Positions 28,012 through 36,451 of a stretch of 64,000 nucleotides of DNA are shown here, piece after piece (positions within the stretch are counted from its first letter, which is position 1; each line of letters opens with the position of its first letter). Below the pieces are notes generated by a model. It made no database searches. It was not told the origin of the DNA and saw only the letters and a program-made list of their open reading frames with translations. Position numbers and translations under genes: made by a program. Source of the stretch: a virus; the UHGV virus genome UHGV-1351770; one strand, 5' to 3'.

Positions 28012-28255
28012 TAGAGATTACAGTACTGGTAGTTGGCAGTATTACAGATGAAGCAACAGTGTTTAAATGCTTTCTCCAGTCTAGGTTAAATTGTTTTCGA
28101 AACTCTTCATAAGGTTCTTCTGGATAAAAGCTAAAACCTCCTTTCTCATCATTTAGGATAACAGAGCCGTCAGTTTGTTCGTATGCTCGGTATGTTTCTC
28201 CAATAATAATAACTCGTTTATCGGTACTTTTATTACGAAACTCGAAAACGTGCAT
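28004..28255 (-). CDS. Hypothetical protein (83 aa)
   Basis: ORF. Confidence 0.45.
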   Translation of the reverse strand: MHVFEFRNKSTDKRVIIIGETYRAYEQTDGSVILNDEKGGFSFYPEEPYEEFRKQFNLDWRKHLNTVASSVILPTTSTVISNG

Positions 28256-28261
28256 AATGTT

Positions 28262-28337
28262 TCCTTAAAGTTGGAGCGGCTAGAGGGAATCGAACCCTAC
28301 TCAGCGAGGCTTGGAAGGCCTGCGACACAACCCGTGT
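28262..28337 (-). tRNA. tRNA-Gly (TCC)
   Basis: Manual fold; anticodon loop CTTCCAA; T-loop TTCGATT. Confidence 0.7.
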
Positions 28338-28345
28338 GCTTAACC

Positions 28346-28421
28346 GCTTATTGTTTGGCTGGAGAAGGAGGAATTGAACCTACCATTAACGGAGTCAAAG
28401 GCCGTTGTGCTAACCGTTACA
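28346..28421 (-). tRNA. tRNA-Gln (TTG)
   Basis: Manual fold; acceptor TGGAGAG/TTCTCCA; loop CTTTGAC. Confidence 0.7.
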
Positions 28422-28427
28422 CTACTC

Positions 28428-28503
28428 TCCAATTATTTGGCTGGGATGCCACGGATCGAACGTGGAACCTTCGGAGTCAGAGGCCGACGATCTGCCAATT
28501 GAT
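28428..28503 (-). tRNA. tRNA-Gln (CTG)
   Basis: Manual fold; perfect acceptor and T-stem; D-stem GATC/GATC; loop CTCTGAC. Confidence 0.75.
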
Positions 28504-28525
28504 CTACATCCCAATAATTTTTATT

Positions 28526-28720
28526 CTACGGAAAAATTATTGTTGGCTCAGATTCTTCCAAACGTTTGCCTTCATGATCTACTCGAATAACTCCGCATCC
28601 CTCGCAAATCACAACAGCACCGTTGCCTTCTTTAACTTCAGCTTCTGTAATCAAACCAGAAAGATCACCAGTATCTCTGCCCCACATATCAATGGAGCAT
28701 TGTTTGCAGAAATCAGCCAT
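28526..28720 (-). CDS. Small zinc-ribbon-like protein (CxxC..CxxC, 64 aa)
   Basis: ORF. Confidence 0.4.
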   Translation of the reverse strand: MADFCKQCSIDMWGRDTGDLSGLITEAEVKEGNGAVVICEGCGVIRVDHEGKRLEESEPTIIFP

Positions 28721-28745
28721 ATTTTATTTCCTATTTAAGTTAATT

Positions 28746-28822
28746 TGGGGTGGCTAGTGGAATTCGAATCCACATAGGCCTGATTCACAATCAGGATCAT
28801 TAACCAATTATGATATAGCCAC
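28746..28822 (-). tRNA. tRNA-His (GTG)
   Basis: Manual fold; acceptor GTGGCTA/TAGCCAC, discriminator C, loop TTGTGAA. Confidence 0.8.
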
Positions 28823-29191
28823 AATTGAAAACTCGCAGGGTTAGCGAAACCTTCCTCAATTAGCATGTTCTAGAATACTAATCAAGTTATCTCCTATTGC
28901 GCGCAGCTCAAGACGAGTACGAATTTTCAATTGTGGCGGCTCTCAGAAACTCTTCTACTCTAGTCTTAGCAGCTTACTCCCGAACGCATGTCGGGGAAGT
29001 CTTACCAAGAGCATCAAATAGCACCGTTACACTTTGAGCCATAGATATATCAAGAAGCAGAAGGACTTGAACCTTCACGAGATAGACCATTTATCTCAGC
29101 CGCTTTATGAGGTATGTTGCAGGGAGTGGATGTTCCCTATAAACCTTTTAGGCAGCCCCGTCTACCGATTCCGGCATACTTCAAGAATTTT

Positions 29192-29374
29192 TTATAAACC
29201 AGCAGAAGCCTCATTTAAAGCATCAACAATAGCCTGTTGTTGCGTCCATCCTCTACCAGTAGAATTAACATGTGGAAGATATACTTCCCAATAACCATCC
29301 TCTAGTAAGGTTATTTGTGCACTAAACTCTGTGCCATCATTTAGTGTAACCTTCACAGTTTTTGTTAAAGACAT
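29192..29374 (-). CDS. Hypothetical protein (60 aa)
   Basis: ORF. Confidence 0.35.
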   Translation of the reverse strand: MSLTKTVKVTLNDGTEFSAQITLLEDGYWEVYLPHVNSTGRGWTQQQAIVDALNEASAGL

Positions 29375-29390
29375 ATATTATCCTATAAGT

Positions 29391-29480
29391 TGGCAGAAGA
29401 TAATGGAGTCGAACCATCACCGTATCGCTACAGCGGGCTGGTTTTCAAGACCAGTTACGTACCACTACGTCCTATCTTCT
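29391..29480 (-). tRNA. tRNA-Ser (TGA), class II
   Basis: Manual fold; anticodon stem CTGGT/ACCAG, loop CTTGAAA; 19-nt variable arm; G73. Confidence 0.8.
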
Positions 29481-29486
29481 ATTGTT

Positions 29487-29577
29487 TGGCGGAAGAGGAG
29501 AGACTTGAACTCTCAAGCCGTTTTACCAGTCAGCCACTTTCCAAGCGGTTTTCGTCACCAATTCGATTTGCTCTTCC
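29487..29577 (-). tRNA. tRNA-Ser (GGA), class II
   Basis: Manual fold; perfect acceptor and T-stem; loop TTGGAAA; long variable arm; G73. Confidence 0.65.
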
Positions 29578-29688
29578 AATAATAAGATGATGCCTCTATC
29601 ACACCAGGCAGTTACGCCTCGCTGGGATTCGAACCCATTAAAACAGCTCAACCGAGATAGTAGGTTTAATTTACTCTGACCATCAAAT

Positions 29689-29773
29689 TTGGTGGGGCTA
29701 GGGAGACTCGAACTCCCACGCATTTAAGCTACGGAATCTAAGGCCGTATTGTCTACCAGTTCCAGCATAGCCC
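29689..29773 (-). tRNA. tRNA-Leu (TAG), class II
   Basis: Manual fold; acceptor GGGGCTA/TAGCCCC, A73, T-stem GGGAG/CTCCC, long variable arm. Confidence 0.75.
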
Positions 29774-29778
29774 CGAAT

Positions 29779-29852
29779 TTGGTGGAGAAAGAGGGAGTTG
29801 AACCCTCGTCTTCTGCGTGCAAAGCAGATGTTCTACCATTAAACTATATCCC
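29779..29852 (-). tRNA. tRNA-Ala (TGC)
   Basis: Manual fold; anticodon stem TCTGC/GCAGA, loop TTTGCAC; acceptor has one U-U mismatch. Confidence 0.7.
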
Positions 29853-30232
29853 CAAATTCTTTAGTTTACTAAGGCTATTAGCTCGGCGTAACTACAGCAC
29901 CTTCGCTTCGAGCGGAAGGAACTGCGTCATCTCGCAAACCCAATACACTATTCAGTTGCCGCTGAATCTAGTGGACTAATCTAGAACTTCTCCCGAATCG
30001 TAGGGATCGTGCTTTTTGGCAGCCAGTCCTAGGTCGAGCTAATACCTTAGTGAACTAAATTGATGGATATCAGACTAATTTTGCTACGACGTTTATCCTG
30101 GGGATCTCTTTTTCGGTAGCTCTGCTAGTGTAGACGTCATACACCTGGTATCTAGGCAGCTATTTTCGCATCAATTTATATACATATTATATCAAGAAAT
30201 TAAGCATCAAGCAACTGCGTTTTTCTTGAAAT

Positions 30233-30311
30233 TGGTAGATCGCCTGGGACTCGAACCCAGAACCTTCCGATTAAAAGTCGGATGCTACTAAACCTATTGA
30301 GCTAGCGATCT
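30233..30311 (-). tRNA. tRNA-Lys (TTT)
   Basis: Manual fold; anticodon stem TCCGA/TCGGA, loop CTTTTAA. Confidence 0.75.
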
Positions 30312-30312
30312 A

Positions 30313-30480
30313 TTAGTAACCATTGTATACTTCTTTAATAGAGTGAACTTTCAGGTAAGGGTGATTAGTACTAAACTCTACCATTACTTCATCCCAATTT
30401 TTACCATAATGAGCGAGTAAGGATTTTGATGTATTCTTACCTAACCGTTTGTCACTTACTACTAATCGAAATACTTTCAT
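30313..30480 (-). CDS. Hypothetical protein (56 aa)
   Basis: ORF below track cutoff; GAGGAT RBS. Confidence 0.35.
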   Translation of the reverse strand: MKVFRLVVSDKRLGKNTSKSLLAHYGKNWDEVMVEFSTNHPYLKVHSIKEVYNGY

Positions 30481-30500
30481 TTCGAAATCCTCTATTAAAA

Positions 30501-30577
30501 TGGAAGCGGGTGCAGGAATCGAACCTACCTCTTTCTAGCTTATGAGACTAGCGATCTCTACCAGAGATCTAACCCGC
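30501..30577 (-). tRNA. tRNA with CAT anticodon (Met, fMet or lysidine-Ile)
   Basis: Manual fold; D-stem ATCT/AGAT, anticodon stem CTAGT/GCTAG, loop CTCATAA. Confidence 0.7.
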
Positions 30578-30584
30578 AATTGTT

Positions 30585-30662
30585 TGGTCTCCGTGGGAGG
30601 ATTTGAACCCCCGACCCTATCGCCCCAAACGAAACGCTCTGGCCAAACTGAGCTACACGGAG
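30585..30662 (-). tRNA. tRNA-Pro (TGG)
   Basis: Manual fold; D-stem GCTC/GAGC, loop TTTGGGG with G37. Confidence 0.7.
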
Positions 30663-30666
30663 AATA

Positions 30667-30825
30667 TTATTTCTTCAACCACAACAAAGATAAGCCCAGC
30701 ATACTAAAGCCGCTAACTAATCCGATACATTTTTCTTCTATAGTAAAAGTATTTAGATTAAATGCTGTTATAGCTATTGGCACACACCATAATGCCATAA
30801 AAACTTGAGCTATCTTGTGTTTCAT
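30667..30825 (-). CDS. Small membrane protein (about 52 aa)
   Basis: ORF below cutoff; GAAGGAAAG RBS; hydrophobic. Confidence 0.35.
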   Translation of the reverse strand: MKHKIAQVFMALWCVPIAITAFNLNTFTIEEKCIGLVSGFSMLGLSLLWLKK

Positions 30826-31278
30826 TTTGCTTTCCTTCTCTTCACTTTATAAAATATATTATACAGAGAATTAGGCAGAATAGCAAATGAATTTTTAATA
30901 AATTTACTTATTGTGTAGGCCACCTGGAGGCTATGAACCCCACGGCTGACAAAGAAGTTTGCGAGACCTCTCTTAAATGCCAGAATAGACCCGCCGATCT
31001 ATCGGAACCTACATAATAAGTAAACTTTATAGTGTCATTCTAGACAGGACTCGAACCTGTTATCACTTGTGCGGACTTACGAGAACCATTCTTTCACTCG
31101 AATCGAACGAGCTTCTGCCCTCGCCAAGCTGGTTTCCCCATCAACCACGCTAGAATGTTTAATTGTTTTCAGTGCAAGAGTCCGAGTCTTGGACACGACC
31201 GCTTCGCAAGTACATAGGCAGCTTATCATGAGTCAGCACTTCCGAATTGCTAGCTCCGTGCTCTGCACTGAAATTTTG

Positions 31279-31626
31279 TTAATTTAATAGTAAAGTACGA
31301 TCTACTTCACCATTAATTGTTCGGCATTCTTCTGGGATTGCCGGAGTGGCCTTATATTCCCACCATTCAGAACCGTCGTATTCACCACGTTCTAACCAAG
31401 TTCCATCAGTAAACCACACGTTACCATAAAGCAATTGCCCACCGAAACCAGAATCATATTTAAAGTCTAGATTATTTAGAAAATCTTCAATATCTTTTTC
31501 TGTATAACCTATGGGTAATACCCAAACTTCTTTGTCCCCATAATAACCGAATTCTATCTTAATACACTTAACTTTAGAATTAATATTCTTTAGGGCAAGT
31601 AACAACTCTTCTTTAGCATTAATCAT
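31279..31626 (-). CDS. Hypothetical protein (115 aa)
   Basis: ORF. Confidence 0.45.
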   Translation of the reverse strand: MINAKEELLLALKNINSKVKCIKIEFGYYGDKEVWVLPIGYTEKDIEDFLNNLDFKYDSGFGGQLLYGNVWFTDGTWLERGEYDGSEWWEYKATPAIPEECRTINGEVDRTLLLN

Positions 31627-31652
31627 AGCATATTTCTCGTGCTAGTTTAGTT

Positions 31653-31729
31653 TGGCGCGACCGATGGGATTCGAACCCACATTCTCTCCCGTGACAGGGG
31701 AGTACCATTACCAAGCCAGCCCCGGTCGC
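31653..31729 (-). tRNA. tRNA-Asp (GTC)
   Basis: Manual fold; perfect acceptor GCGACCG/CGGTCGC; anticodon stem CTCCC/GGGAG, loop CTGTCAC. Confidence 0.8.
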
Positions 31730-31738
31730 ATAATTCAT

Positions 31739-31924
31739 TTACTCAGCTTTGAGTTTTTCAATAGCTGCATTAAGTTCCTTAAGAAACTCTTTTCGTACAT
31801 TAAGACGGTTGAGACTTACTAATATATCATGTTTAAGTTCTTCGATGTATTTCTTCTCAACTTCAATATTGTTGATAGTGCTATCACGATGAACTTCTAG
31901 CTGCGCAATTACATTCTTGGACAT
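31739..31924 (-). CDS. Hypothetical coiled-coil protein (61 aa)
   Basis: ORF. Confidence 0.35.
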   Translation of the reverse strand: MSKNVIAQLEVHRDSTINNIEVEKKYIEELKHDILVSLNRLNVRKEFLKELNAAIEKLKAE

Positions 31925-32026
31925 GCTTGTTTCCTCAGTTATTAATGAAAGTGGTATCTGTGGCTGAATTCGATGTCAGCAATGATAGCTGGTTGGCTAC
32001 CGGTTTACTTAACTCTACACAGAATT

Positions 32027-32109
32027 TGGCGGGCCGTGTAGGATTCGAACCTACGTTGTCTTTCGACATGGATTAACAGTCCACCGCCAAACCGCTTGGC
32101 TAACGACCC
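32027..32109 (-). tRNA. 83-nt tRNA with anticodon GTT (Asn codons), a 13-nt variable arm (GTC-GAAA-GAC hairpin) and G73
   Basis: Manual fold; D-stem GCCA/TGGC; anticodon stem GTGGA/TCCAT, loop CTGTTAA; perfect T-stem. Confidence 0.6.
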
Positions 32110-32261
32110 TAAATTTACATTGCTGACTAGGATTTTCACCTAGACGGAGTTAGCACCGTAGCGTGTAGCGGCATACCTCTCCAAACCGTGCCTCATCTTT
32201 CAATTACGGAGACAGTGTTCCTACGCGTGCCTGAATTGATTTAACAATTCTTTCAGCAAAT

Positions 32262-32337
32262 TGGACGACCGCATGAGATTTGAACTCACATAAAAAGGAT
32301 TTGCAATCCTTCGCCTAAGCCATTCAGCCAACGGTCG
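32262..32337 (-). tRNA. tRNA-Cys (GCA)
   Basis: Manual fold; anticodon stem AAGGA/TCCTT, loop TTGCAAA. Confidence 0.75.
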
Positions 32338-32386
32338 ATTTATCTTGTTCTGTCATGTTGCTTCTCCAGTTCAATTTATGTAATTA

Positions 32387-32695
32387 TTATACAGAACTTT
32401 TGGAAACTAAGCAACTACATTTTTTAAGAATTTGATGCCTTTCTTTTTTCTTCTTATATTTCCACGTTAATGGATTCTGTCGATTATAAACGCTTGAGAT
32501 CTTTGTCTCGTCAAAGTTCTTCAATATCATGTAATCACAGGATAATTGTTCTAGTGGAATGTGATCCCCGTCAAAAGCGTATACATAAGGCTGTTGACTA
32601 ACACGATAATGATAGACTTTGTTAATTCTACGTTTCAGCGACTTATCCGCGCAGTAAATAAAGAAGTTTTCAGGATGCATCAGCATCTCCTTCAA
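32387..32695 (-). CDS. Hypothetical basic protein (102 aa)
   Basis: ORF. Confidence 0.4.
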   Translation of the reverse strand: MKEMLMHPENFFIYCADKSLKRRINKVYHYRVSQQPYVYAFDGDHIPLEQLSCDYMILKNFDETKISSVYNRQNPLTWKYKKKKERHQILKKCSCLVSKSSV

Positions 32696-32697
32696 TT

Positions 32698-32772
32698 TGG
32701 TGCACCCTGTTCGTATCGAACGAACCTCTCAAGCTCTTCAGGCAAGCGCTAATCCATCTCAGCTAAAGGTGC
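32698..32772 (-). tRNA. tRNA, probable Phe (GAA); anticodon stem has two U-U mismatches
   Basis: Manual fold; good acceptor, D-stem and T-stem GTTCG/CGAAC; loop CTGAAGA. Confidence 0.5.
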
Positions 32773-32779
32773 AAATTTT

Positions 32780-32851
32780 TGGCAGGGGTAAAGGTATTCG
32801 AAACCTTTTCATGGGTTTTGGAGGCCCATTTGCAACCTATGCGTACCCCAA
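32780..32851 (-). tRNA. tRNA-Trp (CCA) with non-canonical short D-arm
   Basis: Manual fold; T-arm AAGGT-TTCGAAT-ACCTT; anticodon loop CTCCAAA. Confidence 0.5.
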
Positions 32852-32859
32852 TTATTAAT

Positions 32860-32934
32860 TGGCACACCCAACGAGGATCGAACTCGTGTTCCCACTGTGA
32901 AAGAGTGGTGTCCTAACCGCTAGACGATAGGTGC
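32860..32934 (-). tRNA. tRNA-Glu (TTC)
   Basis: Manual fold; anticodon stem CCACT/AGTGG, loop CTTTCAC; T-stem ACGAG/CTCGT. Confidence 0.75.
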
Positions 32935-32942
32935 ATTAAATT

Positions 32943-33030
32943 TGGTGGGCGTTAATGGAGTCGAACCACTCGAGTCGCAATGACCAGGGATTTACAATCC
33001 CCTCCGCTACCACTTACGGAATAAACGCCC
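32943..33030 (-). tRNA. tRNA-Tyr (GTA), class II
   Basis: Manual fold; acceptor GGGCGTT/AACGCCC, A73; loop TTGTAAA; 14-nt variable arm. Confidence 0.8.
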
Positions 33031-33158
33031 ATATTTAGAAGTATTCAAATACTAGTTTAAACACTTTTAAATATGTTTCCAAATTAGATAACTATTATAT
33101 CAAGTTTTAAGGCACTGAGCAAGTCAGATTTTGAAGAACTTGCTCAGTGCTGTATTAG

Positions 33159-33434
33159 TTAGTCGAATTTAGGAGTGACAGTTAAGGAGAACGGAAGTTC
33201 GAAAACCTCTTCACCCTCATTACTAACGGTAACTACACGACCTTTAAGTTCAGACATTGAAATATCAATATCAGCTTTTGCATCTGGAGCCATGCCAGCT
33301 TCAATACACTTAGCTTTAACTTCCGGTAAAAGCTCTACATTATAGAGATAAAGCCACTCAATCTCACCTTCCCAGTCTTCCCAGGATTTACAGATTGCAC
33401 TTTCAATACCAGTTGCTACAACACGATTTTGCAT
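33159..33434 (-). CDS. Hypothetical acidic protein (91 aa)
   Basis: ORF. Confidence 0.45.
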   Translation of the reverse strand: MQNRVVATGIESAICKSWEDWEGEIEWLYLYNVELLPEVKAKCIEAGMAPDAKADIDISMSELKGRVVTVSNEGEEVFELPFSLTVTPKFD

Positions 33435-33524
33435 TAGTTAATTCCTTCATCAATTTATATAACTATTATATCAGAAATTTAAAGTAAAAGGCAAGTACAT
33501 TTTTAAAAATTCTGTTTGGAGGAG

Positions 33525-33731
33525 CTAAACTCCAGATTCTTCGGCCAAGTCTAAACTAATAAGAGTTATAGCCATAATTGCCGCACCATGTTCTTTTTCT
33601 CCGGTGTTTTTAGCAGAGTCTATAATATCCTTAATCTGTTCGTAATAACTTTTTACTTCTTGTTCAATGCCTGCCTCGGCTATCATGCCTTTAGCCATGA
33701 ATCGTTGCATGGTAATTTCAGGATTAGCCAT
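33525..33731 (-). CDS. Hypothetical protein (68 aa)
   Basis: ORF. Confidence 0.4.
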   Translation of the reverse strand: MANPEITMQRFMAKGMIAEAGIEQEVKSYYEQIKDIIDSAKNTGEKEHGAAIMAITLISLDLAEESGV

Positions 33732-33891
33732 GTTGTTTCTCCAGTTTCATTTTTAATAGTTTACAGATGAAATCAACGTCTTCATCTGTGCCTAAGTCTC
33801 TATCCTCAAGGGTCGCCTTGAAGTTTTTCGTCAATTCCATGAGGATGACTTCCCTAGAACGACGTGTTGGAGGCGGAGGAGGTCTATACAT
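33724..33891 (-). CDS. Pro-rich small protein (55 aa)
   Basis: ORF below cutoff; AAGGAA RBS; coupled to downstream gene. Confidence 0.3.
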   Translation of the reverse strand: MYRPPPPPTRRSREVILMELTKNFKATLEDRDLGTDEDVDFICKLLKMKLEKQHG

Positions 33892-33905
33892 CTTAATTCC
33901 TTAAT

Positions 33906-33982
33906 TTGGTAGGGGTGGTGGGATTCGAACCCACAAAACCTGAATTTTAAGTCCAGTACCTATGCCAATTCGATTACACCCC
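33906..33982 (-). tRNA. 77-nt class I-type tRNA with anticodon TAA (Leu codons UUA/UUG) and A73, lacking the long variable arm of canonical tRNA-Leu
   Basis: Manual fold; perfect T-stem GTGGG/CCCAC; anticodon stem CTGGA/TTCAG, loop CTTAAAA; weak D-arm. Confidence 0.5.
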
Positions 33983-34084
33983 CATGTAATCAGTTTATTA
34001 GTTGATACATATTATAGCCTAGAGAAAACCCTACTACTAATCCTACGAACCAACCAATATAATAATCTTTTAGTTTCACAGGTA

Positions 34085-34270
34085 TTATCCTCGTTCAATA
34101 TCTAGGGAAATACCGCAGTTAGGATTAATACCTGTACCCTTGCAATTTGGGCAAACCCAGATATTGCAAAAAGTATCTCCTGCTTCTGCATCAGAACTTT
34201 CACCAATTCCCCTACACTCAGGGCAGGCACATTCTTCTAGCTCTTGCTTGAGTTCTTGAAACTTAGACAT
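34085..34270 (-). CDS. Zinc-ribbon protein (CPECRG..CPNCKG, 61 aa)
   Basis: ORF. Confidence 0.45.
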   Translation of the reverse strand: MSKFQELKQELEECACPECRGIGESSDAEAGDTFCNIWVCPNCKGTGINPNCGISLDIERG

Positions 34271-34279
34271 ATAGTCTCC

Positions 34280-34468
34280 TTAGTCAATTACTTTTGAGGC
34301 TTCAAGGTAGTCAATATAGTGTACGTTTTCTACCGTAATCATATAATCCGCCACTTTATCCATAGCTTGAGCTTCAGAGGTAGCTCTGACTAATCTATAT
34401 CCTTTTTTATATTCATCCGGGTATTCTCTATCTTGAATAAACACAACATAAACTATATATAGATCCAT
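34280..34468 (-). CDS. Hypothetical protein (62 aa)
   Basis: ORF. Confidence 0.4.
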   Translation of the reverse strand: MDLYIVYVVFIQDREYPDEYKKGYRLVRATSEAQAMDKVADYMITVENVHYIDYLEASKVID

Positions 34469-34486
34469 TTGTGACCTCTATTTAAT

Positions 34487-34564
34487 TGGTGGCTCCCCGA
34501 GGATTCGAACCTACGTACCTTCCGGTTATGAGCCGGGTGCTCATACCATATGAGCTTGAGAACC
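34487..34564 (-). tRNA. tRNA with CAT anticodon (third CAT species), weak T-stem
   Basis: Manual fold; acceptor GGTTCTC/GGGAGCC with 2 GU; perfect D-stem GCTC/GAGC; anticodon stem CCGG/CCGG, loop CTCATAA. Confidence 0.55.
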
Positions 34565-34570
34565 AAAATC

Positions 34571-34659
34571 TGGCGGAAGAAGTGGGAATCGAACCCACAA
34601 GGCTATATTTCAAACCGACAGATTAGCAATCTGCTGCAATACCATTATGCTATTCTTCC
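34571..34659 (-). tRNA. tRNA-Ser (GCT), class II
   Basis: Manual fold; acceptor GGAAGAA/TTCTTCC, G73; anticodon stem GCAGA/TCTGT, loop TTGCTAA; 19-nt variable arm. Confidence 0.75.
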
Positions 34660-34680
34660 GAATTTATAAGATATATTATA

Positions 34681-35202
34681 TTAGAAATTTAACTTCATAG
34701 CAAGAAAATTTTTCAAGTTTTCGGTAGACATCTCATCCACATCTACAGGAGAAACAAATCCATTTAATTGTCTAGCAAACTTTTCACCAGCAGGATCATT
34801 GTCCCCAACAGCTACCACTTTAAAAGGTAGTAATTTCAGTTGCTTTAATAACGCTTTTCCTGGAGAAGAGCCCAACATTGCCAGGGCTGGATAACCAGCA
34901 TTATGTAACGCAACTGCCTTAAATACAGATTCAGCGATCAATACTACTTTTTCATCTCCATTGAGAGTTTCTAGTCCCCATACACACTGGGTAGTAGAAT
35001 AAGTAAAGTATTTAGCTTCAAAGGGGCACTTACCATGACCTTTTGGAGCAGAAGGATTATAAGTTTGATAGCCCCTCAACATCCCAGAGAAGTCATACAA
35101 CGGGACTGTTAGCCATCCCTCCGGACTTAACCAGCAATGATATTTATCTGTATCAAACCCTCTAGATAAGAGGTGCTGTGTTAGCTCATCAACATTCATA
35201 TC
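34681..35202 (-). CDS. Stand-alone Toprim-domain protein (VVAVGDNDPAGEKFARQL), 173 aa
   Basis: Toprim DxD motif in translation; start set at MNVDEL directly after promoter/leader TATAAT..ATAAATTTGAGAGAGGAATCAGAT. Confidence 0.5.
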   Translation of the reverse strand, partial: DMNVDELTQHLLSRGFDTDKYHCWLSPEGWLTVPLYDFSGMLRGYQTYNPSAPKGHGKCPFEAKYFTYSTTQCVWGLETLNGDEKVVLIAESVFKAVALHNAGYPALAMLGSSPGKALLKQLKLLPFKVVAVGDNDPAGEKFARQLNGFVSPVDVDEMSTENLKNFLAMKLNF

Positions 35203-35229
35203 TGATTCCTCTCTCAAATTTATAGATAT

Positions 35230-35258
35230 ATTATACAGAGAATTTAGCATTCAAGCAA
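35230..35258 (-). promoter_or_regulatory. Early promoter (minus): -35 TTGCTT, 17 bp, -10 TATAAT
   Basis: Seen in sequence. Confidence 0.6.
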
Positions 35259-35464
35259 TCAAATTTTTTAACTTTTAGAGGAAAATCATATGGCACTTAA
35301 GGGTAGCAGATAAGTGGTGAGGACCAAAATTTGTGACCCCACTAAAAATCCGGGGGCAATTTTTAAAGACCCCTTGACATTTTCGCGGGGGTAGTGTAAA
35401 GTATATGTTATGGATGAGTGATCAAAGAGACACACATTTTCTATATACTAGGAGGTGTCAAAAA

Positions 35465-36451
35465 ATGACAGAAGAAGTAGCTAAGAGTCCTGAGACCGTC
35501 GCTAGCGTTGCAGCAGAACTGCACCGTCACGAGGAATCAGATAAGAAAAAGTGGGAGAAGGTCAGAGCCTACGAAGAAAAACATCGTGAACACGATGATG
35601 AAGAAGATGACGATGATGAGCATTGTCATAAATATGGAAAACATAAAATGCAAGAACCAGTAAACGTATTCACTAGTGGCTTCCCTGGCCTACTGGGTGG
35701 TTACCCAGCAAACGCAGGTGCTTTCGGTGGGGAAGGTATGGGTCTATTCGGAGCTATCCTAATCGGTGCTCTATTAACAGGCGGATTCGGTGGTTTCGGT
35801 GGATTCGGTGGACGTGGTGTAGTTGGTGAAGGTACCGCAGTTGATGCAGTACTTCAGAACCAAGATACCGCTAGTATTCTAGCAGCTATTAATACTACTC
35901 GTACAGAAGCTAACCAGGGTACTGGAGCTGTTTTAAGCGCAGTTAACAATGGTTTTAGCCAGACATCCCAAAACCAGAGCCGTGATACTCAGTCTGTACT
36001 AACTACGATCTATGGTACAGGTGCTAATCTGTCTAATCAGATCTGCCAGGAAACTCGCAACGTTATTCAGGGTCAGTTCGATCTTTCTCGCCAGATTGAT
36101 CAATCTTTCGCAGCTAACCAGATAGCTCGTGCACAAGATAAGTTTGATTCTGCACAGATCGCTTTCCAGCAGACTTTACAAACTAATAACCAGTTTGCCG
36201 CTGTTCAGGCTCAGATGTGTGCTAACCAGAACTCTCTGGAACGTCAGATTGCTGAATGTTGCTGTGAACTTCAGACTGCGATCGCTGGTGTAACTACTGC
36301 GCGTATCCAGGATGAGTTAGATGCATGTCGCCTACGTGAAGCAATCGCTGCAGGTAGCGGTGCTAACGGTCAGGTAATTAATCAAATCGCTTTAAGTCTT
36401 GGTGCTATCACTCAGACTCTGGCTGGTCTGCAGGCTAAACTGCCTGCTTAA
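35465..36451 (+). CDS. Acidic N-terminus, hydrophobic glycine-zipper segment (GGFGGFGGFGG), Q/N/S/T-rich repetitive C-terminal protein (328 aa)
   Basis: ORF; start moved to ATG 35465 with AGGAGGTG RBS; low-complexity composition seen in translation. Confidence 0.6.
   Translation: MTEEVAKSPETVASVAAELHRHEESDKKKWEKVRAYEEKHREHDDEEDDDDEHCHKYGKHKMQEPVNVFTSGFPGLLGGYPANAGAFGGEGMGLFGAILIGALLTGGFGGFGGFGGRGVVGEGTAVDAVLQNQDTASILAAINTTRTEANQGTGAVLSAVNNGFSQTSQNQSRDTQSVLTTIYGTGANLSNQICQETRNVIQGQFDLSRQIDQSFAANQIARAQDKFDSAQIAFQQTLQTNNQFAAVQAQMCANQNSLERQIAECCCELQTAIAGVTTARIQDELDACRLREAIAAGSGANGQVINQIALSLGAITQTLAGLQAKLPA

Noticed and set aside
28175-28738. 187-aa plus-strand ORF
   Set aside because: Runs antisense through three tRNA genes and a small leftward ORF; no RBS; its translation mirrors tRNA sequence.
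29749-29979. 76-aa plus ORF
   Set aside because: Overlaps tRNA-Leu and tRNA-Ala on the opposite strand; spurious.
31069-31287. 72-aa plus ORF in the structured region
   Set aside because: No RBS, improbable composition, and overlaps a long-range inverted repeat; region more likely non-coding RNA.
35405-35464. Track start codon at 35405 for the Gly/Q-rich protein, and similar upstream ATGs for nrdA, phoH, rnh, Toprim and helicase genes
   Set aside because: No RBS at these ATGs, and several lie inside the conserved promoter-leader module; downstream ATG or GTG with strong RBS preferred.
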